Part shown: positions 9,052 through 20,800 of the stretch, in pieces
How the letters are laid out: each line of letters opens with the position of its first letter
Position numbering within the stretch: position 1 is the stretch's first letter
Source of the DNA: Verrucomicrobiota bacterium
Lineage (GTDB): Bacteria > Verrucomicrobiota > Verrucomicrobiia > Limisphaerales > CANJSG01
Reading direction: 5' to 3'
NCBI GenBank assembly: GCA_038209745.1
Contig: JBBQXJ010000019.1
Location: forward strand, 1-60,678
Length of the DNA stretch: 60,678 nucleotides
Program-made: the position numbers and the translations under genes
Notes under the pieces: model-generated
Told to the model about the DNA's origin: nothing
The model's input: the letters and a program-made list of their open reading frames with translations, nothing else
Databases searched by the model: none

Positions 9052-10418
9052 ATGGATGTTGAAATCCTCTCCCGCATCCAGTTCGCGCTGACCATCTCGT
9101 TCCATTACATCTACCCGCCGCTCAGCATCGGGCTCGGCGTGATGCTGGTGGTGATCGAAGGGCTTTGGATGGCGACGAAGAACCCCCTCTACCACCAGCT
9201 CGCGCGCTTCTGGACGAAGGTTTTCGCGCTGACGTTCGCCATCGGCGTGGCCACGGGCATCGTGATGGAGTTCGAGTTCGGCACGAACTGGGCGGCCTAT
9301 TCCCGCTACGTCGGGGACGTCTTCGGCAGCGCCCTGGCGGCGGAGGGGATCTTCGCCTTCTTCCTTGAGTCGGGCTTCTTGGCGATCCTGCTGTTCGGCT
9401 GGGACAAGGTCGGCCCGAAGATGCACTACTTCGCCACCGTCATGGTCTGCCTGGGCGCGCACTTCAGCGCGGTCTGGATCGTGGTGGCGAACTCCTGGAT
9501 GCAGACCCCGGCGGGGTTCCACATCGTCGGGGAAGGGCTCGCGGCCCGGGCGCAGATCACGGACTTCTGGGCGATGGTCTTCAATCCGTCCTCGATGGAC
9601 CGGCTTTTCCACACGCTCTGCGGAGGCTGGCAGGCGGGGGCGTTTCTCGTGGTCAGCGTCAGCTCCTGGTATCTGCTCAAGCGCAAACACACGGACTTCG
9701 CCCGGGCCAGTCTGCGGCTGGGTCTCGTCGTCGGTTTCGTGGCCTCGTTGCTGCAATTGGTCAGCGGCGATTCGAGCGCGCGGACCGTGGCCAAGCACCA
9801 ACCGGCCAAGCTCGCCGCGATGGAGGGGATCTACGAGACGACCACGCACGCACCGCTCTCCCTCTTCGGATGGGTCGACGAGAAGGGCGAACGCGTCCTG
9901 GGTCCGGTCGTGCCGGGGATGTTGAGCTATCTCGCGTTCGGCGACGCCTCGGCTCCGGTGAAGGGCTTGAACGAGTTTCCGGCGAAGGACCGCCCTCTGG
10001 TGCAACCCGTCTTCCAGTTCTACCACCTGATGGTTGGAATCGGCCTCGGGATGATCGCGGTATCGGGGCTCGGCTGCTTCATGCTGTGGCGCGGTCGCGT
10101 CTTCGAGCGGCGCTGGATGCTGTGGTTGCTGGTGCCGACGGTGCTCGGACCGCAGATCGCCAACCAGGCCGGCTGGTTCACCGCCGAGATGGGCCGGCAA
10201 CCGTGGATCGTCTATGGGCTGATGCGGACGTCGGAAGGCCTTTCCGCCGTCGTGAAGGCCCACACGGTGCTCACGTCGCTGATCCTCTTCACCCTCCTCT
10301 ACATGTTGCTCTTCGGGGTCTTCGTCTATGTGCTGAACGACAAGATCCAGCACGGCCCGGACGCGGCCGACCTCAACCCCACCGGCAAACTCGCCCTGCC
10401 GTTTCCGGATAAACCTTC

Positions 10419-10422
<4 letters not shown>
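9052..10422 (+). CDS. cydA: Cytochrome bd ubiquinol oxidase subunit I
   Basis: [68 protein letters not shown]; alternative ATG at 9043. Confidence 0.96.
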
Positions 10423-11450
<1,028 letters not shown>

Positions 11451-11614
11451 ATGGCGATTTTCCGCGCTGAGCGAAATCGTTTGAACGTCTCAGGGCGTTC
11501 TCGCCTCCCGGACAGGACGGACCCGGGCCGCCTGCGGGAGGAGACGACGAATTGCCCGTTGTGGTCTCAGATGGCAGCTGATAACCACGGAGGCTCCAGC
11601 CCGAACCACTTCGC

Positions 11615-13756
11615 ATGAACACACGAATCGCCGCAGCCGCCTTGCTTCTGGTCGCCCTTGTTTCCGCCCGGGCCGCCGAACAGCTGACGGACTATGTGAA
11701 CCCGTTCCTCGGGACCGCGCCGCTGACCGAGCTCGCCGACGTGGGCTACACGCCCAAGTGGCGCGTCTGGGCCGGATTGACCTTCCCCGGAACGTCGGTG
11801 CCGAACGCGATGGTGCAGCTCAGCCCGATCACGAAGTTCGGCAGCGGTGCGGGCTACGAATACGAGGACACGGTCCTCCACGGGTTCGCCCATTCCAACA
11901 AGGGCCATTGGAATCTCTGCCACATCCCGATCCTGCCGGTGAGCGGCGAGGTCGATCCGGAAGACTTTGGTTCCTCCTTCAGCCATCAACACGAGTCCGC
12001 CCATCCCGGATACTACCAGGTGCTGCTGGAACGATACGGGATCAACGTCGAGCTGACCTCGACGCTTCGGTGCGGCTTCCACCGGTATGGCTTCAAGAAC
12101 GGCGACCAGGCCAAGCGGCTCGTCGTCAATCTGCCGCGCTCGAACGAACGCGTGCGGGGCTGGGACATCGAGCTGGACGGCGACCACGCCTTCAAAGGCA
12201 ATCAGAGGGCAGGGGAGACCGCCTATTTCTACGCGGCGGTGAACCGCAAGATCGACCGGCTGGAGCGGTTGAAGAACAAAGAGGGCGAACTCCCGGTGCT
12301 GACGTTTGGAGAAAGCTCCTTGACCAATGCGATCGAACTCCGGATCGGCCTTTCCTACGTCAGCGTCGAGAACGCCAAGGAGAACATGGAGAAGGAACTC
12401 GGTGGAAAGACCTTCGACGAGGTGAGGGCGGCGGCGAATTCCGAGTGGCAGTCTCTGCTCTCGAAGATCCAAGTGTCCGGCGGAACCGGGCGGCAGAAGC
12501 AGCTGTTCTATTCCTGCCTCTACCGGTCGTTCCTCTGGCCGGCGTTGCGGAGCGATGTGAACGGCGAATTCCTGGACGCGAGCCACAACGTGGTGAAGGG
12601 GAGCTTCCGCTACTACACCGTTCCCTCCCTCTGGGACGACTACCGGAACAAGCTCGTGCTGCTCGGCATGTTGGCGCCGGACACCACGGCCGACGTGATC
12701 CAGTCGCTGGTGGATCGCGGAGAGAAGACGGGCTTCCTCCCGACCTTCTTCCACGGAGACCACGCGGCGCCGTTCATCGCGGGATCCTATCTGCGGGGCC
12801 TTCGCGGCTATGACATCACGAACGCCTACCGGCTCATGTTGAAGAGCGCCACGACCGACGGTGGCTCAAGGCCCCACATCAAGGAGTATGTGGAGCGCGG
12901 CTACATCTCGACACCCGACATCCCCAATCCCCGGGTGGAAACCAAAGCCAAGGCCGGCGTCACCAAGACGCTGGAATACGCCTACGACGACTATTCGGTC
13001 GCCTTGCTGGCCAAGGCCTTCAACGACGAGACGAACCACGCCATGCTGATGAAGCGGACGAAGAACTACACCAACCTCTTCGACGCCTCCACCGGGCTGA
13101 TGCGGGGGCGGTTGGAGAACGGCGACTGGGTGAAGAACTTCGACCCGACCTTCCCCTACTACGAATACATGTATCGCGAGGCGAACGCGTGGCAGTCGTC
13201 CTTCTTCGCTCCCCACGACACCAGGGGATTGATCGGTCTCTACGGCAGCGACGCCGCCTTCGAGAAGCAGTTGGATTCGCTGTTCACGATCCCTTGGGAC
13301 CCGAAGCACATCGCCCGGAACATCAGCTGTTTCATCGGCCAGTATTGCCAGGGCAACCAGCCGGACCACAGCTTCCCTTATCTCTACACCTTCATCGGCA
13401 AACAGGAGAAATCGCAGGCGGTGCTGGACACCATCATGAGCCGCTTCTACGGCATGGGTAAGGACGGCCTGGCCTTGTCCGGCATGGACGACGCCGGGGA
13501 GATGTCGTCCTGGTATGTCTTCGCCGCCGCCGGTTTCTATCCCTATTCGCCGGCCGACCCGGAATACATCGTGTCCGTTCCTCTGTTCGACACCGTGACC
13601 GTGAAGGTGACCCCTGAAACTTCGTTCCAGATCCAGAAGGTCGGCGGTGGGAAAAAGATCACGGACCTCTCCTACGACGGCAAAAAGGTCGACGGCTTCT
13701 TCGTCCAGCATCGGGACTTGCTGCGAGGCAAGAAGCTGGTGATCACGACCGAGTAG
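11615..13756 (+). CDS. Secreted glycoside hydrolase family 92 (alpha-mannosidase-like)
   Basis: Signal peptide; YVNPFLGT, PNAMVQLSP, ESAHPGYYQV, SLWDDYR, TLEYAYDD, YREANAWQ, QGNQP, DDAGEMSSWY. Confidence 0.9.
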   Translation: MNTRIAAAALLLVALVSARAAEQLTDYVNPFLGTAPLTELADVGYTPKWRVWAGLTFPGTSVPNAMVQLSPITKFGSGAGYEYEDTVLHGFAHSNKGHWNLCHIPILPVSGEVDPEDFGSSFSHQHESAHPGYYQVLLERYGINVELTSTLRCGFHRYGFKNGDQAKRLVVNLPRSNERVRGWDIELDGDHAFKGNQRAGETAYFYAAVNRKIDRLERLKNKEGELPVLTFGESSLTNAIELRIGLSYVSVENAKENMEKELGGKTFDEVRAAANSEWQSLLSKIQVSGGTGRQKQLFYSCLYRSFLWPALRSDVNGEFLDASHNVVKGSFRYYTVPSLWDDYRNKLVLLGMLAPDTTADVIQSLVDRGEKTGFLPTFFHGDHAAPFIAGSYLRGLRGYDITNAYRLMLKSATTDGGSRPHIKEYVERGYISTPDIPNPRVETKAKAGVTKTLEYAYDDYSVALLAKAFNDETNHAMLMKRTKNYTNLFDASTGLMRGRLENGDWVKNFDPTFPYYEYMYREANAWQSSFFAPHDTRGLIGLYGSDAAFEKQLDSLFTIPWDPKHIARNISCFIGQYCQGNQPDHSFPYLYTFIGKQEKSQAVLDTIMSRFYGMGKDGLALSGMDDAGEMSSWYVFAAAGFYPYSPADPEYIVSVPLFDTVTVKVTPETSFQIQKVGGGKKITDLSYDGKKVDGFFVQHRDLLRGKKLVITTE

Positions 13757-13765
13757 CCGGGCTGA

Positions 13766-13960
13766 GACGGAACGAGCCCGGGGGATGGGGGAGCGCGCCC
13801 GCCCCGGGCGCAGTGGACCGCGCCCTCGCGGTCGACTGGAGGCGCAGGCAACGATCCACTGCCTGGGGTGTCCAGGACGCCTCCGGGTCCGGCGCGGGGC
13901 GTGCCGGACGGCAGCCGGGGCGGCTGCGATCCCCGTTCATTGCCACTGCATCGTTCCGGC
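13766..13960. mobile_element. Non-autonomous MITE-like element with nested inverted repeats
   Basis: Outer IR gacggaacga / tcgttccggc (9/10); TGA duplicated on both flanks (13763-65, 13961-63); inner 20-bp IR 13788-13807 / 13915-13934 (17/20). Confidence 0.6.
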
Positions 13961-14202
13961 TGAGAGAAGGCGGATTCGCCGCTCCAAACGAGGAAGGGCA
14001 AAGAGAGGATGGGTAGGGCGTGGCCCCCGCCGAGCCGCCGGAGGATCGTCTCACGACGGAGGGGCTACACTGGGGACTCCCCACGTTCCGGAGTTGCCAG
14101 TGGAGCTGGATTGGAAAGTGTTTCCGCCTCCAGGTGTGGAGGCTCAGGAGGTTGTTCAGGTGGAGACGGAGGCGTGAGACGGCCGAGACGAGCTATTTGG
14201 AC

Positions 14203-14359
14203 GGGGCGCGGACGGTCACGTCCGCGAGGCCGGCCTGAAGGACGGGTGTCGTTTGGAATCCTCGGTTCGCCTTCACCGGTCCGTGACGTATCCGGACCCA
14301 TCGGGATCGGCTCGCTCGTTCACAGGACGTGACCTCGCGGACGTGACCGTCCGCGCTCC
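14203..14359. repeat. REP-like doublet (GGAG-CGCGGAC-n6-GTCCGCG type)
   Basis: 27-bp arms 14203-14229 and 14333-14359 match 26/27 as an inverted repeat; each arm is internally palindromic. Confidence 0.85.
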
Positions 14360-14466
14360 TTCTGTTGTCCGAATTGTTCCGGCGAGGGGGCCAACGGAGA
14401 GGATTTGCTGGGTGTTGGCCAGCACGGTCGACTTCTGCGAAATCGCCAAGCCGGACACGGGGACGA

Positions 14467-15852
14467 CTATTTAGAAGCGATGTGCTGGGCCTCGAAGGCG
14501 GAGAAGTCTGCTAAGTCTTGTTTGACGGCTTCCGCGTGTCCGTCCATGTAGCCATAGCCGCGTTCCCAGCGGCTGTCCGGGAGCTGGCGAGGTTGCTTTT
14601 CACGGCACAGGATCAACATATGCTGTTGGCCTTCCAAGATAGACTTGACGCCGGGAACCAGCTCGGTGAATTCGGCAAACTGTTCTGGAGTGGAAAGAGT
14701 GCCGGCCATCTCAGAATACGTTTTAGGAAGTCGGTTGTTGTCTGCGGAGAACATGATGGCACCCAAGGCCACTCGTCCGAGCTGGTGCATGCGCTCCACT
14801 CTGGTTTTCTGCGCCGCTTCTTCTGCCTCGCTCAGAGCAGATTCCCCTTTGCTCTTTTGGATTGCTTGCTCCCCACTTTGCGATCCTCGGCGGAGTTGGA
14901 CGGCATCATTGGATGACTGGGCGAGACCCTGTTTGAGGCGAAGATTCTCCGTCCGCAACGTGTTTTGGTCATCCTGCGTTTGTCCCATCAGTAGGATCGT
15001 CTCGTTGAGCGAAGCGACCTTGGCCTGGGCCGCTTCCAGATCGGCTTGTGCGGATTGCTGCCCCTGCATCAGGCCGGCGACTTGGTGCTGAAGCCGGGCG
15101 GTCTCGCCACTCTGGGTGAGATACGTGCCACTTCCGGCGAGGACGGCGGTGGCGGTGGCGACGAGGGCGGTTTTCGTGGTGAACCAGTGCATGAGGACTC
15201 CTTGGGTAACGGCGGTTGTAGTGGTGGCCGCCAGCACGGCCGAGGTGACGGACACGGCCAGCCCGGCTGGTGGGGCGGCCGAAACGGAAGCAACCGCCGC
15301 CGCGAAACCAATGGCGGTCACGTTGGCTCCACGACGTTGGAAGACGGCGCGGACGCGTTCGGTGGCACGGTTCACCCGCATCCGGGCGGCGTCTTCACTC
15401 ACGCCCAGTTCCCGGCCGACGTCGCGCAGGGTGCGGTCGTCCAGATAGCGGAGGACGAGGGCGTCGCGGTCGGCCGGGTCGAGTTCGGCGAGGGCTTCTT
15501 CCAGGTGTTCGGCGACGAAGCGGGTGTCGCCGTCGGATTCGGTGAGGGCGTTCATGGCGACGGCGGTTTGTTCGCGTTCGCGGCGGCGCTGTTCGGTGCG
15601 GACGCAGTGCATGGCCAGGTGGCGCGTCGAGTTGTAGAGCCACCCGGCCACGACCTGCGGCGGAACGATCCCGCCGGCCTTTTGGGCCAGCAGGGTGAAG
15701 ACGTTCTGCGCCACCTCCTCGGCCAAATGCGGGTCGCGGACGATCCGGTGGGCGGCGGCGTAGACCAGGCGGAGGTGCCGGTCCACCAATTGGCGGAAGG
15801 CTTCCTGGGACCGGCCCCGCGCAAACGCCCGCAGCAGTTCGTGATCTTCCAT
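14467..15852 (-). CDS. ECF sigma-70 factor with C-terminal TM, coiled-coil and H-X9-DG-like extension
   Basis: DHELLRAFA..SQEAFRQLVDRH..VY, AEEVAQNVF, GWLY, DRDALVLRYL, LGVSEDAARMRVNRA; tail ends GYGYMDGHAE; ATG at 15852. Confidence 0.88.
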   Translation of the reverse strand: MEDHELLRAFARGRSQEAFRQLVDRHLRLVYAAAHRIVRDPHLAEEVAQNVFTLLAQKAGGIVPPQVVAGWLYNSTRHLAMHCVRTEQRRREREQTAVAMNALTESDGDTRFVAEHLEEALAELDPADRDALVLRYLDDRTLRDVGRELGVSEDAARMRVNRATERVRAVFQRRGANVTAIGFAAAVASVSAAPPAGLAVSVTSAVLAATTTTAVTQGVLMHWFTTKTALVATATAVLAGSGTYLTQSGETARLQHQVAGLMQGQQSAQADLEAAQAKVASLNETILLMGQTQDDQNTLRTENLRLKQGLAQSSNDAVQLRRGSQSGEQAIQKSKGESALSEAEEAAQKTRVERMHQLGRVALGAIMFSADNNRLPKTYSEMAGTLSTPEQFAEFTELVPGVKSILEGQQHMLILCREKQPRQLPDSRWERGYGYMDGHAEAVKQDLADFSAFEAQHIASK

Positions 15853-15949
15853 AGCGATTTCGTAAGGGAGTTCCCGCTGGGAGGCGAAACCGAACAGGGT
15901 TTCGTCTTTTGATTGCCGTGGGCTGGAGAGCGTCGTCAAACCCGTGGAA

Positions 15950-16104
15950 GGCGGGGACGGATCGCCGAGCCGTCCCCAATTCGAGCGGAGCGGGGCGAAC
16001 GAAGTGAGTTTCTCCCCAACCGATCTGAGTCTATTCCGAGATGCTCGCTGCTCTCGCACCGCCTGCGGCGCTAGATGGGGACGGCTTGGCAATCCGTCCC
16101 TACC
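15950..16104. repeat. REP-like doublet (GTAG-GGACGG...CCGTCC type)
   Basis: ggcggggacggatcgccgagccgtcccc (15950-15977) is inverted relative to ggggacggcttggcaatccgtccctacc (16077-16104). Confidence 0.8.
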
Positions 16105-16111
16105 GGGCGAG

Positions 16112-17755
16112 TCACCGGGGAGTGGTGATCAGGTCCGAGAAGCGTTCCAGATCCGAGTAATTGGCCTGCCAGGTCGTATACATCACCCCGAGGACACCGC
16201 CTGCTTTGTCGGCGGACTTCAGCCAATCGCGGACCTGTTCGGGCGCGGCGTCGTAGTAGCCGGCGATGACCTGTCGGTGGCCGCGATCGGCGAACCACTT
16301 CAGGCTCTCGTCCCGATGGTCGAAGTTCCACTGGAGAAGGACGACGTCCGGCGTGAGCCCGGCCCAGGAGCCGGTGAGATCGCCGCGCACGAGGTAGTAG
16401 TCTTTGTGGGCGTTGTGGTGGGGATCGAACATGTCGCTCCACACGTAGATCCGGCCGCCGGGATTGGTCTCGTTCAGAAGGCCGATGCAGGTCCGCACGT
16501 TGTCGGCGAGGAGCGCGCCGGCGTCCAGTCCCCGGCGTTGGCAGGCGTCGCACCAGTTGAACACGCGGATCTCGTCGTGGCTCATCATGTAGCCTTTGGC
16601 TCCCCAGGCCGCGTGCATCCGCCGCGCCTGGTCGCGCAGCAGTTCGACGGTCTTCGGCTCGGAAGGGCAGATCATCGCCTGGTCTTCGTGGACCGTGGCC
16701 GCGTGGTAATATGAAATGCGCAGCCGGGTGCCATCGGGCAGCGCCGTGCGGAGGGTCGGCGGCTCGTGGTAGATGTCGTAGGAGCCGGCCCAAAGGCGGC
16801 GGCCCATCTTCGGATCCGCCACGGGTTCGAAGTCCTTTCCCTCGATCAAGGCGGTCCCGTCCGCGCGTTTCACCGTGAAGGGCGTGCCGGGGCGGCGAAC
16901 GAGATTCACCAGCCCGACTTCTTGGAGCACGGCGTCGTCCCACCACACGGATCCGGTCTGCCCGCCCCAGCAGCCGAGGTAGAGATGGGCGTTGGTATGG
17001 TCGAGCGAGTTGAAGACGACGTGCTGCGTGGTCCATTCCTGGGTGGGCTTGGTGCCGAGGTCGTTCCAGTTCAGCGCCTGGCCATCGGCGAGGATCTTGA
17101 CCTCCGGCGTGCCGCGAAAGTCCTGCGTCTTCACCCGCACGCTGAGGTGGTATTGGCGAAACGGCGTCAGTCGAACCTTCTGCACGATGCGGGCATTTTC
17201 GCCTTTGGGATCGCGGATCAGGGCGGCGCCTTTGTCGGAAACCACGGTGGCATCCTTCCAGTCCCACTGGTGGAGATCGGCGAAGTCGCCGCCTTTTAGG
17301 ACAGGTGCTCCGTCTGGTTGCAGGTGGGTTTGTCCGCCTTCTACGACGAAGAGGGCGTCTTTCACGGGCAACGCCTCGACCAGGTTGGGATCGTGCCACA
17401 GGAGGTCGTTCGAGTAGCCGATCGAGAAGAGGGCGGGAACGATCTCCAAGTGGTTTGTCGCCGCCGCCCGTTTCACCCGCTCGATGTTGCGGAAGTAGTG
17501 CGCGTCCATCTCGCCGAGCTTGGCGAACTTGGAATCGGAGAGGAGCACGTGGGTGTAGCCGGCCTTGCCGGCGCGGGCGAAGAGCGTCTCCAACGAGTCG
17601 ATGTTCGAGTCGACCCAGAGGTTCTGCGAACAGTAGACCCAGCGCTGGAGCGGCTCGGCGGCACGGATCGAGCCCGGGAGGCAGAGGCCCAGGGCGATCG
17701 AGAGCAGTCCGAAGGCGAGGCGGGACGTTGCCGAAGCGGGGGTCAGCATGTTCAT
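16112..17755 (-). CDS. Secreted putative glycoside hydrolase (GH20-like TIM barrel with an inserted CBM-like sandwich)
   Basis: Signal peptide; MMSHDEIRV resembles the GH20 catalytic DE pair; YVWSDMFDP, GVMYTTW; GGDF...FNS...VWWDDA CBM-like insert. Confidence 0.55.
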   Translation of the reverse strand: MNMLTPASATSRLAFGLLSIALGLCLPGSIRAAEPLQRWVYCSQNLWVDSNIDSLETLFARAGKAGYTHVLLSDSKFAKLGEMDAHYFRNIERVKRAAATNHLEIVPALFSIGYSNDLLWHDPNLVEALPVKDALFVVEGGQTHLQPDGAPVLKGGDFADLHQWDWKDATVVSDKGAALIRDPKGENARIVQKVRLTPFRQYHLSVRVKTQDFRGTPEVKILADGQALNWNDLGTKPTQEWTTQHVVFNSLDHTNAHLYLGCWGGQTGSVWWDDAVLQEVGLVNLVRRPGTPFTVKRADGTALIEGKDFEPVADPKMGRRLWAGSYDIYHEPPTLRTALPDGTRLRISYYHAATVHEDQAMICPSEPKTVELLRDQARRMHAAWGAKGYMMSHDEIRVFNWCDACQRRGLDAGALLADNVRTCIGLLNETNPGGRIYVWSDMFDPHHNAHKDYYLVRGDLTGSWAGLTPDVVLLQWNFDHRDESLKWFADRGHRQVIAGYYDAAPEQVRDWLKSADKAGGVLGVMYTTWQANYSDLERFSDLITTPR

Positions 17756-17830
17756 GGGGTGGGAATTGACCAAAGCCTGTTTGTGCCGCGACGACAACCT
17801 CTTCTTCCGGCATTGGTGCGGGACCGCAAC

Positions 17831-17860
17831 AAAAAGGCCGCCATCGGTGGGATGGCGGCC
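17831..17860 (-). terminator. Intrinsic terminator of the LamG-repeat gene
   Basis: GGCCGCCATC/GATGGCGGCC 10-bp stem with AAAAA on its left (U-tract on the minus strand). Confidence 0.8.
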
Positions 17861-17879
17861 GGTGAAGGATGGAGGCGGA

Positions 17880-20800
17880 TCAGTTCTTCAGGCGGAAGAT
17901 CTGGATCGTTCCCGAGGTGGGGACGACGACGCTGTTGTTCACGACGCCGGAGACCGGTTGCCAATTGGCCGGGGAGAGTCCGCCGGTCGATTCGAGGATG
18001 AAGCCGGTGACGTCCGTCGGCCACGAGAGGGTGACATGGCCGCTGCCGAGCGTGACGCCGAGGGTCGCCTTGACGGGTTCCACCACGCCGGTGATGGCCA
18101 ACGGAATGCCGGCGGCTTTCGGTCCACCGAGCGCTGCCATCTGGGCCTTGCTCAGGGCCCCGGCCCGGATCTGGATCGAGCTGACCCACATCTTCCGGCG
18201 TTCGTCCTGGTCGCCGTCGCCGAAGAGCACGGCCTGGGACAGGAGCGACCGGCGCGGGTTGTCGAGTCCCTGGTTGGCGGTCCAGTCGTCCTGGAAGACG
18301 CCATCCACGTATTTGGTGACGACGGGGGGGGTCGCCGCCATGTCATAGGCTGCGATGACGCGATGCCAGGCACCGGCGGTGAAGGCGCCCGTTCCTTTGT
18401 AGCCGTCGGTCCCTTGGCCGAAGTTGTTGCCCTGCCAGAAGAGATCGCCGTCGTCGGTGTTGCCCACCGAACTGGTCTGCCAGAGCGCCGCGGCGCCGGG
18501 GCCGCCCGTATCGACGAAGACGTCCATGGCCAAGGTGTATTGGTTGACCCGGGTGCCGCCGCCGTTGGCCGCGATCCGGTGTTCCATGAGATACCCGATG
18601 TTCCGGTCCAGCTCGCCCGGCACCTGCATGATCTTTGCGGGTCCGTCCGGAAGATTCGCGACGCCCAGATCGGTGGTGGTGCCGAAGACGGTGCCACCGG
18701 CGCTGACCCCGTTGGTGCCGTCGAGGTATAGGAGGTTCGCGCCCGCGGTCGCGCCAAGGTCGCCGAATTCGAAGTCCCATTGGCCGGTGACGGTGGTGGT
18801 CGGAAGCTCGGCCGGAATGCCCGCGGAGGAGGGGCCGCCAAGGAGGACGATTTGGGCGTCGCTCAGTTTGGCGGAGCGGATCTGGATGGAGCTGACCCAC
18901 ATGTCGCGACGTTCGTCCTGGTCGCCGTCGCCGAAGAGGACGGCCTGGGCCAGCAACGACCTGCGGGGATTGTCGAGACCCTGGTTGGCGGTCCAGTCGT
19001 CCTGCTTGATGCCGTCGACGTATTTGGTGACGACGGGAGTGGTGGCGGCCATGTCATAGGCGGCGACAATGCGGTGCCAGGCACCGGCGGTGAAGGTGCC
19101 GCGGCCGTTGTAGCCGCCGCCGCCCTGGCCGAAGTTGTTGCCCTGCCAGAAGAGATCGCCGTCGTCGGTGTTGGCGAGGGAACTGGTCTGGAGCAGCGCG
19201 GCGGCGCCCGGACCCGAGGTGCCGACGAAGACGTCCATGACGAGGGTGTATTGGTTGACGCGGGTGCCGCCGCCGTTGGGAGCGATGCGGTGGGTCATCA
19301 GGTAGCCGATGTTGCGATCGAGAGCGCCGGGCACGGCCATGATCTTGGCGGGGCCGCCCGGTAGATCCGCGATGCCGAGGTCGGTGGTGGTGCCGAACTG
19401 GGTGGTCGTCGCACTCACGCCGCCGGAGCCGTCCAGATACTCGAGGTTCGAGCCTATGCTGGCGCCGAGGTCGCCGAACGAGAAGTCCCACTGGCCGGTG
19501 ACATTGGACTGCGGGAGGTTCAGCGGAATGCCGGCGGCGCTGGGGCCTCCCAGAAGGTAGGCCTCGGCGTCGGTGAGTTTGCCGGAGCGGATCTGGATGG
19601 AGTTCACCCACATGTCGCGGCGTTCGTCCTGGTCGCCGTCGCCGAAGAGGACGGCCTGTGGAAGGAGCGATCGGCGGGGATTGTCGAGACCCTGGTTGGC
19701 GGTCCAGTCGTCCTGCTTGATGCCGTCGACGTATTTGGTGACGACGGGCGGAGTGGCGGCCATGTCATAGGCGGCGACCACGCGGTGCCAGGCACCGGCG
19801 GTGAAGGTGCCGCGGCCTTTATAGCCGTCGGTGCCCTGGCCGAAGTTGTTGCCCTGCCAGAAGAGGTCGCCGTCGTCGGTGTTGCCCACCGAGCTGGTCT
19901 GCCACAGGGCCGCCGCGCCGGGACCGGACGTGCCGACGAAGACGTCCATGACGAGGGTGTATTGGTTGACCCGGGTGCCGCCGCCATTCGGGGAGATGCC
20001 GTGGGTCATGACGTAGCCGATGGTGCGGTCGAGAGCGCCGGGCACGGCCATGATCTTGGCGGGCTGCCCATTGATGTTGGGGATGTCCACGAAGTCTCCG
20101 GTGCCCGTGGTGCCGAACTTGGTGCCGGTCTGGGCGGTCGCCGACAAGTATCCGAGCGCGGTGCCGACCGTGGCCTTGAGGTCGCCGCTGTTGAAGTCCC
20201 ATTGCCCGGTCACCTCCGTGGCAGATCCGCCGGAGGTGATGATGCCGAAGGTCCAGCTCTGCGTCCGCACCTGGGAGCCCGAAGGATATTCGAGGCGGAC
20301 CCGGTTGGCCGGATTCGAGCGGGTCGGATCGGGGTTGAATCCGATGGCGATTTTATTGCCGGTCTTGGTCAACGTCTGCGGGGCGACCTGGGTGTCGTTG
20401 AGGAAAAGCTTCACTGAACCGGTGGCCACGGCGGTGGCTTCGCGGAGGAGGATCGAGACAGGATCCGAAGGTTTGTTGCCTTCCGAACCGGGGGCCGGGC
20501 TGATCTCGGCGATGAAGGGGCTGTTGACCTCCGGCACGTTCGAGTCGCGCCAGGCTTTGACCGAACGGGCGTCGACCGGGTCGTTGACCAGGATGCGTTC
20601 CGTGGTGTCGGGATTGATGGTGTAGAGCTGGAGATTGGCGCCCAGTCCGGTCTGCCAATAGAGCAGGCGGACCGGATAGATGCCGGCCTTGGTGACGATC
20701 AACGTGAAGGTGTTCTCGTTGCGCTGGTTCGCGGTGAAGGCCTGGGCGTTCCGCTCGAAGGCTCCGATCTGCTGGGTGAAGAAGTCGCGCGGATTGATGT

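Noticed and set aside
18100..20213. Long direct repeats as a DGR template/variable pair or CRISPR
   Set aside because: In-frame domain repeats; differences are not adenine-specific; no reverse transcriptase, cas genes or spacers
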